From NCBI GenBank assembly GCA_012295275.1, contig CM022671.1:36804530-36868529 (forward strand): a stretch of 64,000 bases of DNA, in the 5' to 3' direction. The position numbers and the translations under genes are program-made. Every line of letters begins with the position of its first letter. The first letter of the stretch is position 1. Shown piece by piece: positions 1 to 23,946 of this stretch. Source of the stretch: Chrysomallon squamiferum (Eukaryota > Animalia > Mollusca). The notes under the pieces are model-generated. The model was not told where the DNA came from. It saw only the letters and a list, made by a program, of their open reading frames with translations, and ran no database searches.

Positions 1-11620
<11,620 letters not shown>

Positions 11621-11639
11621 ACAGTTGGTTCTTTCACAC

Positions 11640-12227
11640 TCACTTGCTGTGTTGCCAGATTTCGAGCCATTTCCTTAACTCAATCCGGGATGGTGTTTCA
11701 TGACAGACTGACATTTTTGAAAGTTTGTATCTGGTTGGAGCACACTTGGTCACACACCTTCAGCATGCACTGCTTCAAAAATGCACCCGCTGAAAACGAC
11801 TTTGATCTCGGGCAGTTTCTACAGGCACAATAAAGCTAGCTTTCATTACTGCATCGTTTTTCTGCTGTAGCTTTTGTAGAACATATTCTGCTACGATTGC
11901 AGTCCGCCTTTTAATTACTGGACAATCTGTCATCTGCAACGACTTTTCTTTTCCTGGACATTTTGGGATCAAAAGTAAATATTTCTCAATTACACTTGCT
12001 GGGAAAATCGCCGACACTGATGTGGATACATTGTTATCTAGAGGCCGGAAACCGTCACTTGGCGCGTAACATAATGGAAATGCATTGTGGGAGATGTAGC
12101 ATACGGTCAGTGCATACTGTAAAAAAGCAGAATAGACTTATTTTAGTACACCTTTTAAGGTCTCGCGGGCCATAAAAAATGACGTGGCGGGCCACATTTG
12201 ACCCGTGGGTCTAGAGTTTGACACGTG
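11640..12227 (-). mobile_element. Truncated hAT (Charlie/Buster, GTF2IRD2-like) DNA transposon remnant: one terminus plus decayed transposase fragment
   Basis: Minus strand from 12227 reads CACGTGTCAAACTCTAGACCCACGGGTCAAATGTGGCCCGCCA...TGGCCCGCGAGA, a typical Charlie-type end with GGCCCG subterminal motifs. The flank ATCTACAT (12228-12235) fits the NNNTANNN Buster target. Minus-strand 11640-11920, read across frameshifts, gives KNDAVMKASFIV..../SKSFSAGAFLKQCMLKVCDQVCSNQIQTFKNVSLS*NTIPD*VKEMA, resembling GTF2IRD2/Buster transposases. Confidence 0.8.
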
Positions 12228-12894
12228 ATCTACATCTTCTATAACTTCATGGCTCAGTTGTCTGGGTCGCGTGTTCAGGCACCAACATAAACTGCAAGAC
12301 CACCTGTTTTGTTATTATTTACTGCTGTTGTCTGTGATGAAGATGGATAATCTCGTTTTTGTTGAACGCAAAACCCGGTTATCTTTTTATGTAAATTAAA
12401 AATAGATATTTATTTAATGTATTAATTTTTTATATATGTGTAATCTTGAGGTTATCTAGTTTCTATGTATAAAATAGAGAAAAAAAAGAACGACAAATAT
12501 TAAATAAATATGAATTAACAATTTATATTAAATCTATATTAACGTAATAATTCGATTCTCTTTTCACCGACTGTTTTATATATTTTCAATTAAACTTTTG
12601 ACTCAGGTTTCTTTTAAATTCTATTTTTTTAGTTACGTTATTTTATATTGTAACAAAACATGCTCTGTATATAAATAAACTTCAGACTGTACTCTTGTTG
12701 ATGTTGATATTTATAAATATTTTACTATTTAAAAGAGTGTTTTAAACCCCAGGACTTTAAATATTGGCACTGTGACATTGTCATTACACATACTTTGTAT
12801 ATTGTTTGCATTTGCTTGATTGTGCTTAGCAGTTAGCAGTCGGTAGGCATTATTCATGATGGTCTGTCGTTCACAAGATACAGAAACGATGTGT

Positions 12895-12897
<3 letters not shown>

Positions 12898-12966
<69 letters not shown>
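12898..12966. repeat. (AAT)n microsatellite
   Basis: Direct reading of perfect AAT run. Confidence 0.95.
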
Positions 12967-12967
<1 letters not shown>

Positions 12968-13479
12968 CAATAATTTGGCTGGAGCAAACGTTTTCGTAGA
13001 TTCCAGAAATTCAAATGCAAAACATATGTTTATAATATTTTATGTTGAATTTATTCAAATAATTGAAATTGTTTTCACTGAATGAATTAAGGCTGATCAT
13101 TAAATAAAACACACAACAGCAAAATCTGTGTTGACGAAGCGAAGATCTAAGCTAGAAGACTGCCAATATATAACATGTTATCGGTCAAATGCTATAAAAT
13201 TCAGAAACTGTCTCCCAAATGCAAAACGAAAACATAATTACATTTCGGTAATGTTCAACGTATGGCGCTTTTTTGCAAACATTCTTTTTTTCTTATATAT
13301 ATACCTAAAACAAAACAACATATAACAGGTCGCTTATGTTTTGTAAAATCAGTCGGTTTTATCTTTTCTACCAAGGCTAACATTTATTTATTTTTAAATT
13401 AAACACAGATATTCTTGTTCGTTTTACTTACCTCCCTTGCGTTAATAATATAATAATAATAATAATAAAAGGACAAATC

Positions 13480-15310
13480 TACGATGACGGACGTAATGTT
13501 CAGAGCTGCTGGAGTCATTTAACCCTAACAGCATGGTCCTGAGTATTTGGTGTTATAGAGAAAAGAGCCTAGGGATATTCATGGCGTGATAGATGATCAG
13601 AAATATGTGCGTGACGGATGTTACATCAAAAGGACATTGGTGAAAACAATCTTCACTTTACAGTTGTCTGCAATCTATGAATTGGACAAAAAACAAAACA
13701 AACAAAAATGCTTTCTGTTGGAGTGAAGGTGAAAGGCTATAGAGGATTACCAGTTTTAATTCAGTCTGAAAACAATGTATAAAAGAAATATTATTACATA
13801 ACTGTGCGTGATGGATGTTACATTCAGTCCAATAACATAACATGAAATTCTCTGTTCTTGCCTGTTTCACTGCTGTGATGATAAAGTCACTTTAATGCAA
13901 TGATTAAGATAATGACAATGTTTTATATAAAAAAAAATACGATTAATTGTAATGTATAAACTTTTCATTATACTTTATCATTCGTCAGAAAATACAGCGA
14001 TCATCCTCAGTGGTGAGGTGGTGGAGCCGAGCAGTTCCTCTGATTGTTGGGACCTCATTTCATTTTTCTACATCGTCGGAGGTATCCCTTTCAAATACAC
14101 AGAGCTGTTATCTTCTTTTATTTCACTGCAATCCAGACACCGCCACCTATACCACCAACAGGACAAAGAAATTCCAATGAGTATTTTTCAAATACATTTC
14201 TACAGCGAAATCACAGCTAAAGCTATGAAGGTGTTTTTGAATTGTGACATCAGACCAAGTCAACACAGTTTTGACTGAAATGGGGATCATTTCCAAGAGC
14301 ATGTCAAAGTACGCTATGATAGAGTCTTTCGAATGTGCAAGATTATCACATGCCATCCCATTCGAGTACAGTGTTCTAGTATAACTATATGGATGGTGTA
14401 AGAAGGCTCCCTTGATGCTGCTGCCAACCAGCACTTCGTATCTCGTCCTGGTAAAAGACACTTATAATAGAGCAGTGCTCCATAAACTGGTCAGTAAAGA
14501 GGAAATACAGAGACACACATTATTAGTTGTTACCTCTTCTACTACCTTTGAAATTCTCTCATCTGAATCATTCTTCCAGACATAACATGTCACTTTCGCT
14601 ACGTCATCCTTTTTCAGTCATGGCCATGAAAACTTGTCCGTCATTGCAGTTTTCGCAACTGTTATGAATGTGTGGAAATGATGATTGTCTCTGCTTTTCT
14701 CATTGCATTTTACGTACAGTCCTGCTTTTGCCCCCTTGGTCTGCCATCTCCTTTCTTTTACAGTCTTTTCTGTTTTTGGATCGATTCAGGCATCTTCCTT
14801 TCGATTTCTTTACTCTTCTGTCTACATGTGCTTTTTGTGTTTCATTAATTGTCATCTTAACATAAAATATGTGATTATTATAACACTCTATCTTTTTCTT
14901 GGTCTTGAAATAACAATTTTTCAGAACAGCATAAACAGTTGAATAGATACCTTTTTTATTTTGAGAATGTTGCCTTAAGAAACTGGGTGAATTTTTTCTT
15001 TTTTAAAAATGAAGAATTGTAGGTAAAAATATCATCATACTCTAGCTGACTGGTATTTGGTGAAACCACATTTTGTTCAGAAATGCTACGAGCGGTAAAA
15101 CAGAATAATTGATTTTTTATGAATGTGACGGATGTTACGGTTTTCATTTCTATGTCAAATACAGATAACATAATTTCAAGAATGAGTGATATATTTTATA
15201 GCTCTGCGTGGTTAGTACTAAAACAATTCAGAAAGTACATATATATACCTTCAGATTTTCATCTCACATAAATAATTTAGAACTTTTTTTCATGACGGAC
15301 TTTACCGTGA
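13480..15310. mobile_element. Possible highly decayed DNA transposon remnant(s), family unresolved
   Basis: Higher-complexity block with a repeated TGACGGA(T/C)GTTAC-like motif near both ends (13485, 13611, 13808, 15125, 15293), TTAACCCT at ~13520, and only weak transposase-like peptide fragments. No intact ORF. Confidence 0.3.
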
Positions 15311-15942
15311 CTGGGCATTTTACTTTAAATTCAATATTTAGTTAGCTATTTCCAAAAATTACTTTAAACCTTTTTATTCCTTAAACTGATGTCATGATCT
15401 TTATAAACTGACTAAAATGATTTGATATTGTTAGTATTGCTATCATTGGGTAGACTGTAGTACTGAAATACGTCGCGTCGCGTCTTCACATCAGATTCAG
15501 AAGGAAAAAATAAGAGTTAAAAAGAATTTTCATTATTTTCGGAAAGTTGTAAGTTTTGTCAATAAAATAATAAAATATTGAAATATTTGTATCCCCTTTT
15601 GTCCTTAGAGCCATGGGATTACCCAAAATAATAAATTATAACAAAAGTTTAATATTATCCACTACGGTTGGATAAACAAAGAAAACTGAGTAAGGTACAA
15701 GGTGTAGTTTAATATTCTCATATTTATCCTAGCGTCAAAAGAACAAATCATAGCAAAATGTTCAGAAAAAAAATTCTTATTTGAATGTACGGACTACAAC
15801 TTGAAGACCACTTCTACTTCCAATGACTGAGGTTTACATGTACACTTATGACTGTCTTAAAAATGATTATGATAAAATAGTAATCATTCTTTACAGTTAG
15901 AAACTATTGTTACTTTAAAAATCAACTGTCATTTCTTTACAT

Positions 15943-15973
<31 letters not shown>

Positions 15974-16524
15974 ATTTTAAATAAAATGGCTATAAACATG
16001 TGATGATTGTTAAATTATAAACAAAATCAAGCTTCTTAATATTATAACGTTTGCAACAGTCCCAAAACACCCGTAAGAGTAATTCAAATCTCAAGAAGAA
16101 AAAAAAGAATAAGAAAAAAAAGAGTAAAGAAATAAGGCTAATACCGATTAACTTTATTAAAACATACATACAAATTATAAGACGATAGTTTTATAGAAAT
16201 TTACTTTTCATCTTGTATTGTTGTTAGCCTATCATTCGCCATACATTTCAGTGTCATTTGTTACAAAATACCCGAATTCATAATCTATATTTTAGCATTC
16301 CGTTGCATTATATATTTCCTTTAAAATCAGTCAGTCAATAAATAAATAAGAAATTAAGTGTACTTATTTCATATATTTGTGATTTCTACAGGAGTTTGCT
16401 TGGTTTTCATAACAAAATCAGTTCAAACTGCTTTGATAACAGTAAATAATTTGCCTTGAATCCACTTGTAATAAAAGCATTCATCTGCTCCCATCATTAC
16501 GTAAGTAGATTCTGGGTAGATTGT

Positions 16525-16856
16525 AACTGTCACACCATAGTTTATATAATTATAAGAGGACGCCGTCAGTTTGTTTATTTTCATACTGTCACACTATAGT
16601 TTATATAATTAGAAGAGTAGGCGGTCAGTTCATTTTCATACTTTCACACTATACTTTATATAATTATAAGAGTAGGCGGTCAGTTTGTTTTCATACTGTC
16701 ACACCATAGTTTATATAATTATAAGAGTAGGCGGTCAGTTTGTTTGTTTTCATACTTTCACACTATACTTTATATAATTATAAGAGTCGGCGGTTAGTTT
16801 GTTTCTTTTCATACTGTCACACTATACTTTATATAATTATAAGAGTACTCCGTCAA
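16525..16856. repeat. ~55-60 bp minisatellite, ~6 copies
   Basis: Recurring TCATACT(G/T)TCACAC(T/C)ATA(G/C)TTTATATAATTATAAGAGTAGGCGGTCAGTT. Confidence 0.92.
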
Positions 16857-17113
16857 TGTGTTTTTCAAGAAGTACTTTTATGTCAGAAACATATAACACT
16901 ATTACATTTACAGATTTTATTAATCACAAAATTTCTTTGTTTTTCTTTTTTCACTAGTTTTTAGCTTAATATATTACAAATTTGTTTGCTACGTATTGAC
17001 AACATAAACTCTTTCTAGTAGAATAAATAAAGGAAATAGTCGCAAGGTGTGATATCAGAGAAAAATGTTAATGAAAACCAAATGCACCTAAAACACAACA
17101 ACATAAGCTACAC

Positions 17114-17158
<45 letters not shown>

Positions 17159-18002
17159 TAAAATAAAAACAAAAAGGGTCTTGAAGAATTGATGATTAAT
17201 ATTTTATTTTATTTCATTTTAATTTTTTTTTTTTTTTTGATTGGTTAATAATCGGAAGTATATATTTATTTTCTTCTGTTCTAAACGTTTTTGTAACTTG
17301 TAAATTCTGTATTTGCCCTAAAAAGTCTAATAACAAACAATAAAATAAAACAGTTTTTAAAAAATAGGAAGAAAGAATTTGCCCTCTTATTAATATATAA
17401 TTGAATGTTTCAATTTGTTTAAATTTTTGGTTTGTTCTGAAATGCACCACGTCACATAATACAAGATAATTTCACATCGTTTGAAACAGGTTACTATAAT
17501 GACTGCATGTAGTTCATGTGTAAACCGATAATTTTAACGGATTTTAACGATTATGTTCTGATGATATATCAAGAAAACTGATCTTATTTCCAAAGACGGT
17601 GAATACTGTCATCTTTTTATGTTTTTCTGAAGTTACAGTTAATGGAAAACATCAAAATATTTTCAACGTAACCTGTTACTGTTTACATTTAAAAATTCAA
17701 ATTCGATCGCCCATAAGATTGTCGTACTCATTAAATTTTATACATTTATTTATTTAAGTTATTTGGTTAATAAACTGCATCCCCCATTACCGTGTTTGCC
17801 TATCTTTTTTGGAAATTCATTGAGTGAACCAAAACCTCTTAATGCCGTTTTGGTTCATCTATTTAGCGTGTAAGTGTTTACCATTGTTTCATATTTAAAA
17901 CATAAACTGGTTTAATTATTTTCGGTCATTATTCAAGTGCCATTGTTTTTTCGTCATTCACTGACATCGATACCATTGTCTGACTTACGCAGTGAATTTG
18001 TA

Positions 18003-18026
18003 TGACGTCACATCTCGTTACGTAAC
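18003..18026. promoter_or_regulatory. Adjacent perfect CRE (TGACGTCA) and perfect PAR/NFIL3 palindrome (GTTACGTAAC), ~1.6 kb 3' of the bZIP stop
   Basis: TGACGTCA 18003-18010 and GTTACGTAAC 18017-18026 read directly. Function is inferred. Confidence 0.5.
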
Positions 18027-19643
18027 ACAATTTCACGAGAGTAGATCTTTAACATATCTTACACATACATATTGGGAGAGACGGAGTTAGAGAGAAGAAA
18101 GCTAGCTGACAAGATCACGATAGAGCGATAATATACAGATAACATACTCTCATTTGATAGCAGAAGCTACAATAGTTGAAATACTACGATACTTTAGACC
18201 ACAGATTAACATATTCTCGATTATCATCGTCAAATAATATCACAGTTTTATTTTTTTTAAACATTAAATATCTAATTTATGTTTAAATAATAGAAATCTC
18301 TTCATATTTTGATAAACTTTATAAAAATTTCGCAATGTTTTGATATGTTTCATGTTTCACTGTCATGATACTTATTACAGTGTATTATGTCAACGTTTGG
18401 CCATTCACTTATTTTTTTTTTTACAACTTTGGTATATATCGCACATGTATTGAACATCACACTTTTGATATACTTATTACCTGTGCATTACATCACTGAG
18501 ATTGTATTTCATATTATTTAATCCATATTTTAAGCGATAATCCATTTCCTTGTACTTGAAAAAAGGTTATGTAGATGTGAATGAACGATACTGTATTTAT
18601 GCAAAATCATTTAAATTGTTATAAAATAACATTTATAAAAAAGAGTTATATGAAATAATTACAAATTTTATAAATAGCTGTAGAGCTGACTGTGAATTGC
18701 GCAAAAAACAGTATAAGTTGTATGAATGACTATGAATTGTATTAATAACTATGACTTGTATGAACGACTGTTAGACAATAAGAGCAGTATGTATGACTTC
18801 ATGAATTCTGTGTATGACCGTACGAGTTGTATGTGTATGATGTATGTATGACTATATACGTTGTATGTATGACTGTATGAGTTCCATGTAAGACCAAACA
18901 AGTATGTTCTGTGTGGATATCTGTACGAGTTGTATAGAAATGGTGTGATTACAAGCATTCATTGGTTGATTGTATGAGTTATACCGATGATCACATGAAT
19001 TTAATTACCGACTATGTGTATATGTATGCATACGAGTCTATGTTAACGATTGAAATAAAATAGTAAATTATTCCACTTTAAAGATGAGATGAAAGTATGT
19101 GATTATACAGCTATTCACATCAAAACAACAATTGTACATTCAAATCTAGCAACACTAATGATTGTCGAACATGTAAATAAATGTAATTGTAATTCTACTG
19201 GCTTTACATAGGCCAGCTTTTTTGCATCAGACACTGAGTTTACTAACACTATTTACTATCAAATAATAATAAATAAAATAAAATATATACATTTTTGGTT
19301 CTACTGTAGACATTTCACAATTTTGTGGTAGCACTTCATTTGCAATTAGTTGTATGTATGTTCGTATATATGTGTATATATATGTGTGTATATCCAAATA
19401 TGTACATAAAGCAACTATAACTAACTATAAATGTTCATGTTGGAAATAAATACTGAAATAAATTGTTACCCTAAAATATCGTCCTGTTTTCAGATTATTA
19501 TATATTATTACTCTTATATTAAAAATATATTTCTATGATACTGCAAAGTCGACAGTATTTGTTTACAGTTTTAGATATTGTTGTTCGAAGTGGATTTGTA
19601 AATACTGTAAGACGTGACGTCACTACTGGAAAACATCAGCTAG

Positions 19644-20807
19644 TCATTCCTTTAACACAATGTTCTTCATCTTCTCCACCTGACACGTCAATGTTCTCAG
19701 CTTTTCCTTCAGCTCGACGTTTTCCCTCTTCACAGACTCGTCGATACAGTCTGAATTTGTTGAGTCCGACATGGTCATCTGAACCTGATGTTGCCTGCCC
19801 CCGCTGTACATGTCATGCGTGGCTGGCATCTGTCCCTGCATCACGTCAGGTTCTAACCCGCCCACACTGTTCACCTGCTCTTCGTGCTTGTTCAGAATGA
19901 CGTCATTGCCAACAGCCATTCGTTTGTTTCGACTTGTAGTGAGATCGGCTGGGGTCTGCAGAGCATTGGCACCGTTGTACACGTGACTTTGGTTGGCAAA
20001 TACCGGGTGGTAGTATTCGTAAGGTGAAGCTCGATACTGATTTTCCTGCTGTGCCCCGTATCTTGGGTAGCTGTTGTCCACAACCGGAGTTTTGTCTGCA
20101 AATGCATTATTAACGTGCGGGAGGTGCTGCCCGGCGTTGTTGTTGTTGTTGTTGTTGTTATAGGCGTGTGGGTTGTACTGCTGGTTGCCGGACCCCCAGG
20201 ACATCGCCATGCTGTACGAACTGTACACCGACTGACCTCGGCGTGCTGGCACGTGCGCCGACTCGGATCGAGATTCGTCATCAGTGAGGTTGCGGTCATG
20301 GTCGCTGTTTTCTGACAACATGTGTGTGTTCTGTTCGTCGTCGTTATTGGTGCTGCTGATAGCAAGCAGAGACACGGGGTAAACGCCGTCGCTGTTTGTA
20401 TCATCGTCGTCGTCGCGGGGGCTTGCCTGCGCTGCCTGAGCTGCTTTCACTTCTCGCATGCACTGCGCTCGTTCTTCAGCCGTGAGCAGGCTCTGGTCCA
20501 GCGGTATTCCAAACTTTGCCTTGATCAGCGAAACCTCTTTTCTGAGCAGCGCGTTGTCCTCTTCCAGGTACGTCACCTTCTGTCGAATGTCTATCTCCAA
20601 CTTTCGCTTGTTTTCACGAGAACGTTTTGCAGCCATGTTGTTTCTCTTTCTTTTTTCCCAGTATTTGTCATCTTTTTCGTCAGGCGGTATGACTCTTTTG
20701 GCTCGTCTCTGTATGAGTTTTGGCATGTAGTGTACCCCGTCAGCAGACGACTGGTCAGGCAACCACGGCTCAGTCTCCGTCGTGTAATGTGGGTGTGTCA
20801 TTTCCAT
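19644..20807 (-). CDS. NFIL3: NFIL3/E4BP4/vrille-like (PAR-related) bZIP transcription factor, ~387 aa, CDS apparently in one exon; subfamily-level call, orthology not established
   Basis: ORF contains RRAKRVIPPDEKDDKYWEKRKRNNMAAKRSRENKRKLE...VTYLEEDNALLRKEVSLIKAKFGI (extended basic region + zipper ending KFGI, as in NFIL3 KFGL). C-terminal ENVELKEKLRTLTCQVEKMKNIV resembles the NFIL3 C-terminal ENxxLK...L(S/T)xEVxxLK motif. The region is GC-rich against an AT-rich background. Start placed at ATG 20807 because a splice acceptor lies 3 nt upstream; an upstream coding exon cannot be excluded. Confidence 0.85.
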   Translation of the reverse strand: MEMTHPHYTTETEPWLPDQSSADGVHYMPKLIQRRAKRVIPPDEKDDKYWEKRKRNNMAAKRSRENKRKLEIDIRQKVTYLEEDNALLRKEVSLIKAKFGIPLDQSLLTAEERAQCMREVKAAQAAQASPRDDDDDTNSDGVYPVSLLAISSTNNDDEQNTHMLSENSDHDRNLTDDESRSESAHVPARRGQSVYSSYSMAMSWGSGNQQYNPHAYNNNNNNNNAGQHLPHVNNAFADKTPVVDNSYPRYGAQQENQYRASPYEYYHPVFANQSHVYNGANALQTPADLTTSRNKRMAVGNDVILNKHEEQVNSVGGLEPDVMQGQMPATHDMYSGGRQHQVQMTMSDSTNSDCIDESVKRENVELKEKLRTLTCQVEKMKNIVLKE

Positions 20808-20810
20808 AAT

Positions 20811-20831
20811 CTGAAAGTGGAGAAGGAAAAC
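20811..20831 (-). other. 3' splice acceptor preceding the coding exon
   Basis: Minus strand: TTTTCCTTCTCCACTTTCAG|ATTATGGAAATG, i.e. polypyrimidine tract + CAG just before the ATG. Confidence 0.8.
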
Positions 20832-20929
20832 GTAAATACATATCTCGTATTTACGAACAACAACAACAGCAGCATTACCGTAATAATGGTCATACGACAA
20901 CTATCGCCGCCACCACCAACACTATTACT

Positions 20930-20973
20930 ACTTTTAGATGTATTACTACTACTACTGCTATTACTATGCTTTA

Positions 20974-21043
<70 letters not shown>

Positions 21044-21372
21044 TACTACAACTATTACTATAACTACTACACTGCTATTACTATTATTACTACTACTTCA
21101 GCTGCTGGTGTTGCTACTATTATTACTACAACTACTACTACTGTATCTATTGGACAGTTACTAATACTCCTACTCCTACAACTATTACTGCTGCTACTAC
21201 TGCTACCACTATCACTAATATTTTTGCTGCTACTGCTACTACCACTACCACTTACTAATATCACTGCTGCTATTAATACTACCACTACCACTATTACTAA
21301 TATTACTGCTGCTATTAATACTACCACTACTACTATTACTAATATTACTGCTATTAGTACTGCTGTTACTAC
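20930..21372. repeat. (CTA)n-based low-complexity tract with short ~45-bp duplications
   Basis: Pure CTA run ~20975-21042, then degenerate ACT/GCT/ATT triplets. ACTAATAT(C/T)ACTGCTGCTATTAATACT recurs at ~21254 and ~21296. Confidence 0.9.
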
Positions 21373-21532
21373 CAAATCACTCTCAAATTCGGGAAAAACA
21401 GTGAGAAATTTTTATAAATGTGTAAAACTTTGGATCAAAGGAACCCCAACAAAATTAAATACTCCCCCCTACATCCCCGATTACGGCTACTGCTTTATAG
21501 TACATTAATCCTTTTATCCGCCTCTAAATAAA

Positions 21533-21535
<3 letters not shown>

Positions 21536-21618
<83 letters not shown>
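21536..21618. repeat. (CT)n(CA)n compound microsatellite
   Basis: Direct reading. Confidence 0.95.
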
Positions 21619-21621
<3 letters not shown>

Positions 21622-22347
21622 GATACCCACTCTAACACTCACACACACTTACACACGCACATACCCTTCCTAACACACAAGACGAGTGTCACACACAGCC
21701 ACCCTCATAATCACTCACACAAACACTGACACCGGGCTAGGTGAGGGGAAGTAAGCCAGTTCGGTTAGCACTAAGTGTTAAACGGAGTAAACAGCGTTTC
21801 AGAGGTCAAATCTCCGGCTGTGAGGTCGCCGACATCTCGTTTAATTATCTTGTAACTTTGTCTCTTATTAGAATGTTTCGTAATCAGCCACAATTATCTC
21901 TCCTATTTAACTTTTCTTTGTGGCAAATGACCAAGTTACAAGCTCCTTTACGATCACTGGCGAGTCGCCACTAAATTATTTTGTAAAATTATTCTGCTGT
22001 GGAAGGACAGAAATGAATCGTTGAAGTCACAAAACAACATGGACTGCCGAGTTTTTATTTTACTTATTATAAAATAATCACTTTTAAGTTTTTTCGACTA
22101 CTACAATTAATTATGTTTCAAGATAATATTTTGTTGTTCTTGTATTAGTAGTAGTAGTAGTAGTAATAATAATAATAATAATAATAATAATTAAAATACA
22201 GAAATGTTACAAGTAAAACCATAATGATGGAAAAACTAACTTATGTAGAAATTCTAAAGGAAAAACTGACTTATGTAGAAATGTTATAAAGCAAACTGTT
22301 ATCAGTAAATTTTATTACGGTAATGGACGTTACTTATCGATTTGTTG

Positions 22348-22522
22348 CACGTGAACAGAAAAATACAGGTCTCGCTTTCTCTGTTCTTTGCTTCATAATT
22401 AACCAGCTAAAATCTATAAGAGTTATGTAATTTAGCTAGCTTCAACAACAAGCTTTTATGTGGGTATGACGTCATGGCCGTGATCAATTCCACACGCAGC
22501 AGAAATCAATCGTGTTACATCA
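22348..22522. promoter_or_regulatory. Candidate intronic enhancer: E-box + D-box + CRE + hybrid site
   Basis: CACGTG 22348-22353, GTTATGTAAT 22422-22431, ATGACGTCAT around 22467-22474, GTTACATCA ~22514-22522, all within 175 bp. Confidence 0.5.
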
Positions 22523-22961
22523 TGGCTGTGTGGAGATCAGACCTCAGACTCGTATTAATGAACTCTGCTGCAAACAGCAATTATAAAGCCAGGTAGGAAC
22601 ATTATAAAATGTAAAAAATATTTGAATGAAAGACTAAACATGAGTATCACTGCGAAATATATAACAATATTAACATTTAAATGAAAGAAACCAACTAAAT
22701 ATAAAACAGTTTTGATTAGTTTATTAATATATAAAGTGAATTCTTCAAATTGTATGAAGAAATATCACAAAAACTACTTGTTTATAACAGCACGTCATTC
22801 CACATACATCCACACATTGAGAAAATTACTCTCAAAATTTCACTGCAACAACATTCTGTCTCGATCATAATGTAGTTAGAAAATTTCATAGATGAAAAAA
22901 CAATTTAAAAGTTACGAAGTAACACACAACAAATATATACATACACACATACATACATACA

Positions 22962-23032
<71 letters not shown>

Positions 23033-23109
23033 TGATAATAACACTATTTACCTTAAAATCATTTATTATCAGTTATTTAAGACAAAACATTCAGTTGTCT
23101 ATTATTAAA

Positions 23110-23880
23110 TTATTTTTCTCGTTAAATAAAACTGCTTAATGTAAAATTATTTAAAATAAAACTGTTTAAGACAAAAATTTTAAAAATAAAACTGTTTAAT
23201 ACAAAATTATTTAAAAAATAATATTTAAAATAAAACTATTTACAAAGCTATTTAAAATAAAATTATTTAATATAAAACTATATAAATTAAAACTATTTAA
23301 AATAAAAATATATAATATAAAAATATTTAAAATAAAAATATTTACAAAGCTATTTAAAATAAAATTATTTAATATAAAACTATATAAACTAAAACTATTT
23401 AAAATAAAAATATATAATATAAAAATATTTAATATAAAACTATTTAAAATAAAAATATTAATATAAAAACATTTAATATAAAATTATTTAAAATAAAATT
23501 ATTTAACATAAAATGATTTAAAATAAAATTATTTAAAAACAATTTAATATAAAACTAATTAAAACAAAATTAATTAAAATAAAACTATTTAATACAAAAC
23601 TATTTAATATAAAACTATTTAAAATAAAAGTGTTTAATATAAAATTAATTAACTAAAACTGTTTAATACATAATTATTTAAATTAAAACTGTTTACAAAG
23701 CTATTTAAAGTAAAACTATTTAATATGAAAATGTTTAAATAACACTGTTTAAATATAAAACTTACTTTTTAAAAATAGAACTACTTTAAAAACTCAACTG
23801 TTTAATCTAATAATATATAAAATAAAACTTTTGAAGTAAAATTATTTACTATAAAACTATTTTAAAAAGAAATATTCAAT
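23110..23880. repeat. Degenerate extremely AT-rich minisatellite (short units like AAATAAAACTATTT)
   Basis: Dozens of variants of TAAAA(C/T/A)TATTTAA. Confidence 0.88.
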
Positions 23881-23914
23881 GTAAAACTAAGATAATGACT
23901 TTATACATTTTAAC

Positions 23915-23946
<32 letters not shown>

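Noticed and set aside
13990-14280. Weak mariner-like (YLKGIPPT..KNEM) and piggyBac-like peptide fragments
   Set aside because: Too short and degenerate to assign by eye; kept only within the low-confidence decayed element call.
20808-20900. N-terminal 31 codons of the 418-aa ORF
   Set aside because: They span a strong polypyrimidine/CAG acceptor and low-complexity DNA, so they are most likely intron.
19535-21164. Antisense and alternate-frame ORFs over the bZIP exon (121, 170, 280 aa etc.)
   Set aside because: Shadows of a GC-rich coding exon extended by trinucleotide repeats.
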